64,000 nt of DNA from Lama glama (lineage: Eukaryota): NCBI GenBank assembly GCA_028534125.1, contig CM052817.1:45262001-45326000 (forward strand), in the 5' to 3' direction. The notes below the pieces were generated by a model. That model did not search any database and had not been told where the DNA came from. It worked only from the letters and a program-made list of their open reading frames with translations. This document shows, piece after piece, positions 25,901 through 38,679 of the stretch; within the stretch, counting starts at the first letter, position 1, and each line of letters starts with the position of its first letter. Position numbers and translations under genes: made by a program.

Positions 25901-28544
25901 GCTGTTCTATGAGATAGGAATTGCAATTGTGCCTTTTTACAGATGAGGAAATAGACTCAGATAACTTAATAACTTGTCCAGCAGCATACAAGTTTTAAAT
26001 ACAGTGCTGGGATTAAGAACCAAACTCCACCACATTCCAGAACCTATGCTTTAAAAATTTTTAAATTGTTTTACTTTGAAATACAATAAGTGTAGATTAA
26101 TAGGAAGTTGCAAAGAAGCATACAGGGAGGGAGGTCCTGTGCAACATTTACCCTATCTCCCCCAGTTTGACATCCTGTATCACTGTAGTACAATATCAAA
26201 CCAGGAAATAGTTCAGCATCCCTTAGGTATGGTAAGCTGAGGTCATTGATTAGTACAGAATTTTAGTTAAATATGACTTTTGAATGAAAATAGCATTCTT
26301 TATACTATAAAGCCTTCATTTTAATAAACAACTCATTAGTACCATGATATACATTGAAGAAGTAATATGGTTTAGATCATTGGTTCTTAACCTTTTAGGA
26401 CATAGATGTATTTAAGAATGCAATGAAATATGGACGTTTTCAGCAAAAAAAAAAAGCCATATACACACATATACAAAATGTTCATGATTTTATAAATATC
26501 TTATATCTCCATCCACCCTCAAACTGTGCATAGACTCAGATTAAAAATTTCTGGTTTAAAGCAACATTTAAAGAAATTATGTTTTTATCTTTTCCCAACT
26601 CTGCTTATAGAAAATCCTCCACTTAAGGGCCTGAAAGTTCCTTGGATTTTCTACAGCTCTTGGTTGCTTAGGAAAAAACCTCTACTTCCAACATTATTTC
26701 TCCTATTAACACACTTTATCTGGGTCTGCTTTCTTTTACATAAAAGTCCTTTGGTCAATAACTTTAGGTTATCTTTCCCTTTTCAGGTCACCACCAAGAA
26801 CTTGGGTAATTTGGGGTCATGGCTCTGAAGGTAGGGATCAGACCCGGGATCTCTGAAGCCCAGCTAGGTACAGGAGTGTAACTGGGAGCTCCTGTCAGTT
26901 TGAAGCCAGCTGTCAGGAGCCAGGAAATGTATTTTCACAGCCAGGGCTCACCCAAGGAGTGTGAGTCAACAAGGCATAGGTCAGAGCAGCCATCCGGAAG
27001 GAGGATGGTAGAGATATTAAAAAAAATCAGGCTGATGGTCTGACCACAAAGGTAGGACATGGCTTGATTCTGAGGAAGATTCTTGCCTTAAGTCATAAAT
27101 CTCCCACATGCTTCCTTTGCGGTAAAGCTCAGAGAAGTATTCTGGTGTTGTGGAGCCAGAAGCCAGAGTTTAGCTAGCCTAGAACCTGCGAGGAAGTGGT
27201 CACACCTGAAAACGTGTGGGTGGAAAGAAGGGCTGATGCTGACACTTTGCGTGAGAGATTGGCTGTGTTCTGCTGTCAGTTGGCTGAGGTAGAAGGAAGC
27301 CAGAATGCTTCCACTGTGCATCAGCTACCTGGTTTTTAATGATGGTCTTTTTCCAATCAGAAGAAGTGCCACAACTTCTCTACCACTTTTATGTTTTCTG
27401 CCTGCTGGTGAATGTATCATATTTTGCATACAGTTGGGTTTTTTTTTTTTTTAACTACCCTAAATAGTTCCATAGCCTGGTTGCTAAAAGAGACCAATGG
27501 AACAAATTTGCTTTCAAAGGTCTGGTATCCGTTTCCTCCTCCTTCTGAATTTGTCTAATTTAGACAGTGTCTTTTGCCATGGTTTCTCTGCACTGTCAAA
27601 TCAAGTATTTGACCCAAGAGGAGAATGGGGAGTGGAAGGATGGAGCGTAGTCCCAGGCTAGCATCATGTCTGTTTATGACTTTCTGAAGTGCTGTGTTGG
27701 GGTCCCCTGCTGTTGAAGGCCTGCCTCTGTTTTTATAACAGGAATCAGACCCATCCATATACCCACTAAGTCAGAAACTGCTAAACACTAGAAATAATCC
27801 TCCCAACAACCCTAAAGTTGGCGGTTATCCCTGAGGAGACCAAAGGTCAAAGAAGTGAACTCATCTGACCCATGTCACAAAACTAGTCAGTGAAGAAAAT
27901 AGGATTTGATGCCATGTATTTCATACTCCTGTATTTAGGTGGAGAATTTGGTCCTCAGCTCTGGCTTCTCAAGGTACAACCTCTGTCATTCCCGCTACCC
28001 TCCATGAGGAAATTGGGCTCAGGGACACTAGTTGACACTAACTCAATCCTTTGGAGACTGATTAATGACCCCAGAACACCATTTCACAGAGGGAGATAGA
28101 CACCCCTTTCCAATAAACAGAGTATCTGTGACCAGGGCCCCTCCTGTCAGTCAGGGTGCTTAGTGAGATTGGATAACCTCAAGGCGTCTCATAGCCAGAC
28201 ATTAAAGCCTGAAGAATTAAACACACCCTGTAGCCCCGGGTTGGCTAGATATCTGCCAAGTATAATCTACTCTGAACAGTGCGAGATAAATGTTGGTGAA
28301 GCCTCTTTCCAAAGTCATCATTTTCTGGACTCCAGGCAACTCGGGGGAGGTGACTCCTCTTTTATTTACATTATCTTTAGTTGCTACACTTGCCAGGATG
28401 ACTGGATCTCTTAGATCCCTCAGCCTGAGGGGATTTTAGCTGTCATCACAACTCTGAGCATTGGATAGAATCCATTAGAATTTACAAACCATTATTCAGG
28501 GTGTGTCACTTTTGTAATCCCAAACCTAATTCTTCGGGTATAGA

Positions 28545-28752
28545 TTTTTTTTCTTGTTTGCTCTTTTATTTCATGGGGGTGCATCATTAGGTTTTTAAAT
28601 TTATTTTTCACCTTTTTTTGGAGGGGGGGTGTTGGTGGGGTGGTCATTAGGTTGATTGATTGATTGATTTTTAAAGTGGTGGTACTGGGGATTGAACCCA
28701 GGTCTTTGTGCATGCTAAGCATATATTCTAGCACTGAGCTATACCCTCCCCC
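28545..28752 (-). mobile_element. vic-1-type SINE with a duplicated tail module
   Basis: Core ggtactggggattgaacccaggtctttgtgcatgctaagc...gagctataccctcccc. The tail motif 'ggggt..tcattagg' occurs twice. Diverged TSD cttcgggtatagattttt / ctttgggtgttggttttt. Confidence 0.88.
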
Positions 28753-29220
28753 ACTTTGGGTGTTGGTTTTTGAGATTTTTGTGTCTAAATTCTGAAAAAG
28801 TAACTGCAGAATTTGTAACCTTTATTCTCTCAAGCTTGGTAGCATTTAGGATCTCCTCTACTTGAAGACTTTGATAGATATGATGAAAAGTAGCTACATA
28901 GCTCAAATTCATCACCTATGACAGTCGTTCATTTATTTACATTTTATAGTTAACAACAAATGGGCAGACCGTGCAAGTGTTTTATGCACCTTTCTGGATA
29001 TGTGACACTTTCACACACAACGACCAAATAGAGAGGAAGAACTTTTCTTTAGATCCTAACCTGTCCAAGTCTCACAGAGATAATGGATGGAATGATTTCA
29101 GGAGAAACAAACATTTGATTCTTTCATCAGGCCTTAATAGTCTTTTTCCTCTCCTGCTCTAAAAGGAATGGGTTCATCCTACTCACCAGAGTAGGTTTCT
29201 CTGCATCAAAAAGCATTGTA

Positions 29221-29335
29221 CACAACATTATAAACTGACCATATTTGACTTAAAAAAATAATTAAAAAAAGAAATGAACATATATTCTTAATATCTGGCT
29301 ATCCCAGTAAAATAAGTAAAATTAAAAAAAAAAAA
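29221..29335 (+). mobile_element. Truncated L1 3' end followed by extra sequence and a second poly(A)
   Basis: 'cacaacattataaactgaccata' L1 terminus, A-rich tract 29252-29270, unique sequence 29271-29323, A12 at 29324-29335. Confidence 0.6.
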
Positions 29336-29716
29336 CAACTTTGTAAAGGAGACTTTTGGACCAAAACAGACCTGAAATTCCCAAATGACAGATTTTCAAT
29401 TAGGAATGCTTACTCCAAGGCTGAAGAGGGTCACCAGTTAGCAATGGGATATGGTGTGCTGCATGAGCCACAGGGGACCCTGGGGTCTCTTTCTAAATTG
29501 GCCATTTTTAGCCTTGCGCAAGTTACCTTTGTGAATTGCTTGTGAAACTGAAATGAGTTAATGTGTTTGAAAGTGTTTTGAACACTATAAAATTCTATGT
29601 ACAACTGTAAGTTGTTATTTCAGAGCAAAGCAGTGAACAGTCTGTGAAAAAGGAATCAATTGAAAGCAATTAGTGCATATACTTTTTCAAGCACCAAACA
29701 TTAAGTGCTGATTTTT

Positions 29717-30183
29717 TAAACTTTATTTATTTATGGATTTATTTTACAATATCATTTTTAAATTGGAGTATAGTTGATGTACAATATTATATTACAAGTA
29801 TACAATATAGTGATTCATAACTTCTAAAGGTTATGCTCCATTTATAGTTATTATAAAATATTGTACAATACATCCTTGTAGCTTATTTTATGTCTGATAG
29901 TTTGTACCTCTTGATCCTCCACCTCCATCTTGCCCCTCCCTCTTCCCTCTCCCCACTGGTTCCTTCTCTACATCTGTAAGTCTTGTTTCTTTTCTGTTGT
30001 ATTCACTAGTTTGTTGTATTTTTGGGGGGTTCCACATGTAAGTGATATCTTACAGTATTTGTCTTTCTTGGTCTTACTTATTTCACTTAGCATAATGCCC
30101 TCCAAGTCTATCCATGCTGTACACCAGAAACTAGTACAACATTTTATTTTATTTTTTTTTAGTACAACATTTTAAATCACCTG
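29717..30183 (-). mobile_element. L1 3' fragment with TSD
   Basis: 'aattggagtatagttgatgtacaatattata...ttatttcacttagcataatgccctccaagtctatccatg'. TSD ttaagtgctgattttt (29701-29716) / ttaagtgctcattttt (30184-30199). Confidence 0.85.
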
Positions 30184-30199
30184 TTAAGTGCTCATTTTT

Positions 30200-30460
30200 A
30201 CTGAGCATGTGCCAGGCAGGGTTGTAAATGTATTAGTTCTATTAACTCATCTAATCTTCACAGGACTCCAATAAGGTAGATATTACCATCTCCATTTTAC
30301 AGATGAGAAACACTGAAGCATAGAAAAGTTAAGCACATTGCCCAAGGTAATATAACTAGGAAATATACCCAGGTAATACATTTAATAAGTGATGAGGTGA
30401 GGCTGGGATGCAAATCCAGGCAGCATGAATCCAGAGCCCAGACTCCACTGCTGGCAGCAT
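30200..30460 (-). mobile_element. MIR SINE
   Basis: 'tccattttacagatgagaaacactgaagcatagaaaagttaagcacattgcccaagg'. Confidence 0.75.
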
Positions 30461-32303
30461 AATCCTTATTAACTGAATTGGTAGCAGGTCTAAGACATGT
30501 GTTACACATGTCTCAAAGGGTTAAATGTTATGAGTCTTGAAAGGTTAAAATTGTGATGAGTAAAGACACTCTCTAATAAAAATGAGTATCCTTTAAGGAA
30601 TTGGAGTTGCTCCTCTTCCAATGCCTAGTCTTCATAGTTTGGGGTCCTAATTTACTTAGATAAGAGTGTGTGGCCCTTAAACATGCATGTAAATTCATCC
30701 CTTACACGCTTCCTCAGCAAAATGGCGGTAATGGAATTGGTTAATCTTTTAAGATCCAGTAAGGTTGAAAATAGTCAAATGAGGGTGTAGAGGAAAAGCC
30801 TTATAAAGCAAAATGTCAGAGAAGTATTTTACGCTGAAATCTATAATAAAAATCAGTAATCAGTTAATATAATTCTAGTAATTTTACTCTTTTTAAAAAT
30901 TCACCTGCTAATGGTGCTTGAATCTGATTCTTTTCCCTTTTTTTTTTTCATAAAAACAAAAAAACAAAAACATAACTGCCAGAGTCATCCTATGATATGT
31001 CTGGCAGCATCTTTTCTTCATCAGCATCAATTGGTAGATTTTTGTCTGATTTGTCTGGTTTCTCCTTTATTCTTTTTATTTATTTCATTTTTCCATTTAT
31101 ATCTTCTGGTGGCTTAATTTTGTACTTCTACTCAGATGATATAAATGTTTATTTATATGTTACGAAACAGAAGGGAAACAGAGCTGAGGGAATGAAAAAT
31201 GAAAACCTTCCCTTCCTTCAGGCACTAATAAGGCAATGCCTTAGTTGTTTAATAATTTTTTTTATTGTGAAAGTAACATATGACAATGGAAAAGTAGGAA
31301 GTACAGAGAAACATTAAGTAACCCAGAAATATGAAACATGTTCTTACTTAAATAGAAAACCGAGCAGAATAATTTTAACTTAAGATTGATTCATAAACAT
31401 TTCAGACTGAAATATAAACATGTAACAAAAAAATATTCTTCAATATTTAAATCTACAGCTTTCAAAGTGTGTGTATCAAGGATATGTGTCATAGTTTATT
31501 TAACCATTCACTTGTTAATTATGATGCCTCCAGTTTTTAAATGATGATAAGTAAATAACATCACAATGAATTTCTTTTTGCATATCTTAAGAGAGATAAA
31601 TACCCAAAAGTGGAATTATTGACTCAAAAAATACATTTTAAAGTTTTTTACATATCTTGCCAAATTGCTTTTTTTAAAGGATAAATTAATATTTACTTGC
31701 AGCAAAAGTGTACATAGGAGCTTTTTTTCTGCATGTTGGATGTTTTCATGTTAAAATGTTTTCCAGTTTATTTATGGTTTGCCATTGTTTCCATTTAACA
31801 GCTCTTCCATATATGTCTAGCTAATGCTATGTCATTTTTCTATAAATGGAACATACTTTGCATGTTTATTGATTAGGTTTTCTTATCAAATTTTATGAGG
31901 CCCTTGATTCAAATTTGTGGCAGAAATGTGCAAGTATATAGTTTGTATTTATTTTGATTATATCCTCATAATTTTCTTTAAAATTAGTCTATTGCCTCTA
32001 AGCTTAGAATGTCATTCCTCACCTATGTAACCACTGAAAAAAATTAAGACCTACTATGTACTAACATAAAGTGATGTCCAAGTTATACTGTTAAGAGAAA
32101 AAAAGTAGTGCCCTGCAAAACATGTTTAATTATGATCCCATCTCTCCCACTCCCTCCCCCCGGCCCTCCATACACACACACATTTATTTATTCACTGATT
32201 GCTTTTGAATCTCTCTTTTGTGGCAGAGATATGGAATTGAACAAAACAGACAAAATCTGAGACCTTATGGAACTAAGTTTATTGGAAAGGCCAACAAATT
32301 TTA

Positions 32304-32433
32304 TTGTTTTTTGGGGGGGGAGGGGCGGGGTAGGTAATTAGGTTTATTCATTTTTAGAGGAGGTGCTGAGGATTGAACCCAGGACCTCATGCATGCTAAG
32401 CATGCACTCTACCACTTGAGCTATACCCTCCCC
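32304..32433 (-). mobile_element. vic-1-type SINE
   Basis: gaggtgctgaggattgaacccaggacctcatgcatgctaagcatgcactctaccacttgagctataccctcccc. TSD ccaacaaatttta / ccaacaattttta. Confidence 0.92.
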
Positions 32434-32849
32434 CCAACAATTTTTAAAAACCCAGCAAATGATAAATACAATGTCAGGTAGTGATAAGTGCTATTGACAG
32501 AAGTAGAGCAGGGTAAGAGGTGGAGAGTGACTGGGGCTCTGACACCTTCCTGAAGTAGCATTAGATCAGAAAGTATTGAATGAAGCAGCTAATGTAATAT
32601 TTTATATAAGCATATGGATAGAGAAATACCAAAGCTCTGTATTCCCCTTCTCAGTAAATATTACTGGTGGCTCTTCTGTCACCCAGACAAAGCATCCTAC
32701 CCTAGAATTCTCCCTTACTCCCCATAACTAGTTAATCATCACATTTTTGCCACCTATATACTTCTCAAAATCTATTTTCTACTTGCCATTGTCATCTCTT
32801 AGGCCCTTGTCACTTTTTGTTCTTTTCCACTTTTTGAAAAAGATATATT

Positions 32850-33800
32850 AATTCATTTTTATGTGCCAAATAATGCACAACTAAAATATATAAGCCACAG
32901 AAGCTAACTTGGTGGGGCTTCCACTGGTCAAATCAGGGATAATATGAGCATGAGAATGTATGTTGATAGTAATGGACTGTCAAATAGGAATCCACGAGTT
33001 CACATTGATTAGATAGAGAATTTTAAAAATGAGAAAGGAGAAAAAAATCTTCCTTATAGTAGAATTGCAGTTAATAAATGTAGAAAGAATGATGGAATTA
33101 GGAAAATCACAATTTGTTAGCCACCATAACAAAAATTGATTTGGCCAAAAATGATCAGTGGCTGCTATAACTGGCAGGTGACAGTATGATGACAAATGGG
33201 ATATGTACATAGTTTCAAAGTACCGCCTCACATAAGATACTTATTCATTACAAAGGGAAAATCATGTAGTGGAGAATCTGTCAGACCTGGCATTAACCAC
33301 ATGATGGGAGCATCAGCATTAATAGGACACGTGACATCACATGTCTCCACATGATGCATTGAGGACAGAATAGTACTTCTCTGGTATTTTTGCCAAAAAT
33401 GCATAACCTAGCTCTAATATAAGTTAACAACAGAGATTACCACATTCAGGGGCATTCTTCAAAATAATTGTCTTGTACTCCTTAAAAATGTTAAGGTCAT
33501 GAAAGAGAAAAAGACTGAGAAATGACTTTAGACTACAGAAGACTAAGGTGAACATATGATAACTAAATGCGTTTGTAATCTTGAATTGTATTGTGGACTG
33601 GAAGACTTTTTTTTTCCTTTTGCTATAAAGGATCCATTAATTGAACAATTGATGAAATTTGAGTGTCTACTATAGAATATAGTATTGTATAAATGTTAAT
33701 TCCTGATTATGATAATTGTATTGTGGATATAGGATAAAATGTCCTTGTTTTTTAAGAAATATACACTGAAGTGTTGAGGGGTAGAGGGACATCGTGTCCA
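32850..33800 (+). mobile_element. L1MC-type LINE-1 3' region
   Basis: 'gatacttattcattacaaagggaaa...ttgccaaaaatgcataacct...gttaaggtcatgaaag'. Same family as 4890-5750. Confidence 0.7.
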
Positions 33801-34283
33801 AAAAAAGTTTCAACTAGAGCCTCTTCTAGATGCTTTTTAATGGATAGAGGGCACATGGCAATCTACTAGTTGTCTGATAGAGTATCCACAATGACCACTC
33901 ACAGGTTTCTTTGAAACTCCTGGATTTGTTCATTCAGTAGCCACCATTGAGTGTCAATGTATCAAGCACATTACTAGGCACAGGATGAGGCAAAAACAAT
34001 TGAAATGTGTCCTCAGGGAATTGACAGCCTATGGGAGATAAGCCAGAGAGAGAATTAATGAAAGTGATAAAAAATGTAGTAAATACTAGCATTTGAGGAA
34101 TGTGGGTGATGGGAATTCATTTACTATTTTTGCAACTTTTCAGGACCTATGAAATTATTTCAAAATAAAAAAAGTTTAAAATGTATTGTAAAAACTATTA
34201 GAAAGATAAAAAGAAAAAACAGTAAAAGAAGATAATTTCACAAACTAGAGTTTTCTAGACAACTTTCAAAACTTGTACCTCTA

Positions 34284-34421
34284 GGTGGGGAGGATATAGC
34301 TCAAGTGGCAGAGTGCATGCTTAGCACGAGGTCCTGGGTTCAATCCCCAGTACCTTCTCTAAAAATAAATAAATAAACTTAATTACCTCCTCTGCACCCC
34401 CCCAAAATTAAAAAGAAAACA
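34284..34421 (+). mobile_element. vic-1-type SINE
   Basis: ggggaggatatagctcaagtggcagagtgcatgcttagcacgaggtcctgggttcaatccccagtacc. Perfect 14-bp TSD aaaacttgtacctc at 34268-34281 and 34422-34435. Confidence 0.93.
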
Positions 34422-34792
34422 AAAACTTGTACCTCAATTAGGCCTCAAAGAAAGGGCTCAACAAATTCCACAAAGCACAGAAATGTATGTGCCCCACTGA
34501 CAGACTATGAGCACTAAAATAAGTAAAAATACAGAGTTTAAATTTAAAAATCCAAACTACTTAGACAATCTCAATCAACTCTCTCTACACCATAACTGAA
34601 TCAAAGAACAAATACTATACTTCCAAACTATTTAGAATGCAGCAGTAGTGAATAAAACCTATAGGATGTGGCCTGAACTATAGGCCAGGGAAAATCCACA
34701 ATCTAAAAACTATTATTAGTCATCAAGAAAGAATAAAAATATGCAAATCATATACTATTCTAGAAGGGAGGGCAAAAACATAAAAATACGAG

Positions 34793-34977
34793 GGGGTTTG
34801 AAGGGATAAATTGGGAAATTGAAAATTACACTTCTTGGGGAATGATGGAAATGTTAGCTATCTTGATTGTGGTAGTGGTTTCATGGGTGGATGCATCTAT
34901 CAAAATTTATCAGATTGTACATTTGAAATACATGTAGTTTACTGTACGGGAATCATACCACAATAAAGGTGTTAAAA
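34793..34977 (+). mobile_element. L1-derived 3' terminal insertion (copy A)
   Basis: L1-like 3' end with aataaa and an A-tail. Near-perfect TSD aaaaatacgag / aaaaatactag. Confidence 0.7.
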
Positions 34978-36451
34978 AAAAATACTAGAAGCCCATGAGG
35001 GAGACTGTGGTGCCTTCCCTCTGTGTGCTCACAGGAGTCAGTTAGCCAATGAACGGAGCAGTTTAGGGAGTACTTTCAGTAGGCCAGTACCAAGTGCTGG
35101 TTGGAGAGGCTAACAAGAGTATCCCTTTTGAAACTTACAGGGTGTGTGTGTATGAGAGGGGAAATGCCAGATATTAAGTTATGCATTCAAAAATGCAATG
35201 AATGTTATCAAGAGGCACAAACTGCTCATCAGTATCCCTAATGGAATATCACTTAACAGTACCCTCTGTTGTCACTGCCTCCCTACTGTCTCTCTCTGGC
35301 TCTCCCTCTTTTTCTCTGTCTCTGTCCCTTTTTGTTTTTCTCTTTTTTTTCTTGCTTGCTTTCTCCCTCTCACTCCCCATTACCTGAAGACACTCTGTTT
35401 CAATTATTTTTGCCTCATCCTGAGCCTGGTGTTCTGCCTGATACTTTGGTGCTCAGTGGTGGCTACTGAATGAATAAATGAATGTACAAATGAATGCATG
35501 AATCCCATAAGTTATTATTAACTGGACACTCTGCCAGACCACCTGCTGGTTACCATTTATAAAAAAAACCGTCTAGAAAAGAACCTGGGAACTATATAAT
35601 ATACAGCCTAGATAAGCTAGTAGACTATTTAAGCAGTACTAGGTTAATTGAAATTCTATAAAGGATAGTTGTGTAAGAAAAAAATCATACCTAACTTGCC
35701 TTTAGAGTGCTTGAGCGAGATATTTCTGTTGCTTGGGGAAATCAGCAGATACAGGTTACTTTGGCTTTTCACAGACTTTGGATAAAGGTTCACGTCCAAG
35801 GCCCACATTGGGGTGGGAATGTGTAGTGTCAAAGGAAAAGCTGAGGTGTTTAAGAGAAAAAGTGGTAAGAAAAGAAGTGGAAGTGATAGGTAAACACTAA
35901 ATTAGGTATGACCTGTATGCCACCGTAAGGATTTGGGATTGTATTGTGTTGCCTTTGGAGGGTTTTGAGAATGGCATCTGATTTGTAAAGGATCTGGTTG
36001 CTGTGGGAATAGAACATTGTAAAATAAGAGTGGAACATCAATACGGAGTAGAAGGCTGTGGCGGTAGGTGATGGTGGCCTGGACAACGATAATACCACTA
36101 ATAGTGATGAGCAGTGTTTAATCCAGAATAAGTGTTGAAGGTGGAGGGAACAGAACTTTACTGATGATCTGCTGTGTGGTGTGAGAAAAAGAGAGTCAAG
36201 GCTGACTTAAAAAGTTTTGGCTTGAGCCTCTGAATGAATACATTTGTACTGGTCTTCCTGCCTTACTGTCTGTTGGGGAGTGGTTGTTTCATGGAGGCTA
36301 TCTTTGAAGGGCAGGCAGATTAGTTAGGAGGATCCTCTAGTCCTTGTGGGAAGATGAAAGGGGCCTGGACCTGGGCAGAGACTCTAAGTGTGGAGAGGCT
36401 TTCAGAGGGACAGACCTGAGAGACATTTAGAAAGTAAAAATCACTCACAGG

Positions 36452-36598
36452 ATTTGGGGACTGACGGAAATGTTAGCTATCTTGATTGTGGTCGTGGTTT
36501 CATTGGTGTATACATTTATCAAAATTCATCAAATTGTACATTTGAAATATGTGTAGTTTACTACACAGGAATCATATCACAATAAAGGTGTTAAAAAA
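36452..36598 (+). mobile_element. L1-derived 3' terminal insertion (copy B)
   Basis: About 90% identical, ungapped, to 34837-34979. Confidence 0.7.
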
Positions 36599-36694
36599 TC
36601 ACTATGTAGGAAAATAGTTTGAGGTTTTTCAATAAAATTGAAGAAAATTGAATCTTTTTCCCAATAACTCCCCCTATTGTTATATATCCTAGAG

Positions 36695-36872
36695 TGGAAG
36701 TTGCCTGAAGCCTGCTTTACATAGCCCAAGAACTCAGAATATTTCTTTTACATTTTTAAAGGATTTAAAAAAGATGGATTGAGTAGGATACTGTAACAGA
36801 GACCATTTATGGCCCTCAAAACCTAAAAGATTTACTCTGGTCCTTTACAATGTAAGTTTGCCAACCCATGGT
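36695..36872. mobile_element. MER58-type hAT-Charlie element
   Basis: 'acagagaccatttatggccctcaaaacctaaaagatttactctggtcctttaca...gtttgccaaccc'. Confidence 0.7.
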
Positions 36873-36878
36873 ATAGAT

Positions 36879-37066
36879 CAATGGTTTTAAAAATGTGGAT
36901 CCTAGAGCAGCAGCAGCAGCATCTGGGAACTTGTTAGAAATGCAGATTCTTGGGCCTCAAACAGGCTTGCTGAATTAGAAACTCTGGGAACTGGGCCCAG
37001 CAATCTGTGTTTTAACAAGCTCTCCAGGTGATTCTGATGCATATTAATTTCTGAGAATTGCCACTC
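36879..37066. mobile_element. MER5A hAT-Charlie element
   Basis: 'gcagcatctgggaacttgttagaaatgcagattcttgggcc...aatctgtgttttaacaagctctccaggtgattctgatgca'. Confidence 0.85.
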
Positions 37067-37189
37067 TAGAGGAATTTTTGTACCTGGTGAGGAGTAACAG
37101 TGTGTTGCCTAAGAGTTTCAAACTGAAAACTGTAGAAGTGTCACTCAACCGAAGAGATAAATGAGTTATGGCAATTAATACAATGAGAG

Positions 37190-37400
37190 CATTCTATAGC
37201 TTGTGGTTAAGGGCATGGAGTGTGAAGGCAGACCACTTGTGTATGAATCCCAACTCCACCAGAGTAGTAGCTCTGTGACCTTGGGCAAGTTACCTGATCT
37301 CTCTAAGCCTCAGTTTCCTCAGGTGTAAAATGGGCATAAAAATAGTGACAACTTTATAGGGCTATTGTGAGCATTAAACAAAGTAGAAGAGTGGTCAGTA
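37190..37400 (+). mobile_element. MIR SINE
   Basis: 'ctgtgaccttgggcaagttacctgatctctctaagcctcagtttcctcaggtgtaaaatggg'. Confidence 0.85.
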
Positions 37401-38679
37401 CATAAGTATTAGATTTGAAGGGCGATCTGCATGTAACATACTATGATGCTTTAAGGAAAAACGTGTTATATTTCACTTCATAAAAGTGAGTCTGCCCAGA
37501 TATTTTGGACATAACAAAATGATTAAGCAACCTAAGGTGAAAGCAGTGTAGATTTTGGAGGTTCAGATATTGGCATGGCCCTATAAACCTCAGTTTTCAC
37601 ATGTGAAAAAAACCTTGAAATTACTCTAATAGGATTGTGAAGAAAACTGGTGAAACGTATATGCCCGCATTTTGTTTGGTATATGGGCATTTAATAAATG
37701 TGTTCCCTGCCTTTCATTTCTTTCACCAATTTCCTCAGCCCTTCCTTCCAAAATTCCTCAGCTGTCTTGACAGTCTCAGAGAAGCATTGCCAGAACTAAG
37801 GTGCAAAGTGGCTCCCTCGACTGTAAGGAGATTTGGCTTTTTCCATGAATCAAGGTCATGCGAGTCAGTGTCTAGTGTTTTCCCAGCTACGCCCCCGGGG
37901 CCAAGTCCTAGATCTAGGACAGGGCTGTAATCCTGGTATCTCCTGGGATTTTACACTTTTCGCTGCCTTAGTATGTAGAATGCTTAGTTTGTATTTAGCA
38001 ACACCTAAACACTGAACAAGCACACAAAGAAAGACTTTTTTCTTCTGCGGAGGCCACGTTGTATTTTTTTCTACTTCCCAGTACTTAGGACCCAGTAAGC
38101 CCCGTAATATATATTGCGTTGAGCTTGTTTGTATGATTTAACCTCGGTGGAGCTTAAAAACCTCCATTTCCTAGGCAGAGCTTAGGGTGCAATCAGCTGA
38201 AACCACTGGCTGCATTTTATGCATTCATGTGTAGAGCAGCAACCTGCAGGTACGTAGCTCAGAGAGAAAAATCACTAAACTCCCTCCCTCTTCACATTAA
38301 TAATCAAAGGGGAGCAGAAATATCGGTCTCCACACGACATCACAGTAGGCACAGCGCTGCAGCAACCCTGTTCCTGCTGGGGCGCAATCTCGAAGGCCGG
38401 AGAGGCCAGAGCCTCGGGGCCGGAGAAAGGCAGCCTCCTTGTGACGTCAAATCAGCGGACTCTCGCCCCGGCTCCAGGCCGGTTCCGGTTCCCCGGCTTT
38501 CCGGGCGCGAGAGGACGTGAGCGCGGCGGCGTTCTGCGCGTGCTCCGCAGAGGGACGCGAGAAGGTTGGGTCCGGCTCGCGGAGGAGATGCGTGATTGGC
38601 TGAAGCTGTGCTGGGGGGTTCCCCAGCCCTTTCGGCAGGGGTAAAACAATAAGAGGGGGCGGCGGCAAAGGGGGCGGGA

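Noticed and set aside
30718..30728. YY1-like motif CAAAATGGCGG
   Set aside because: Isolated, and lies in what looks like a decayed MIR core ('ttcctca..aaaatgg'). No other regulatory signal nearby.
1..38300. A second protein-coding gene (e.g. the human neighbour USO1) upstream of G3BP2
   Set aside because: No recognisable coding exons. The short ORFs map to repeats or are random-like.
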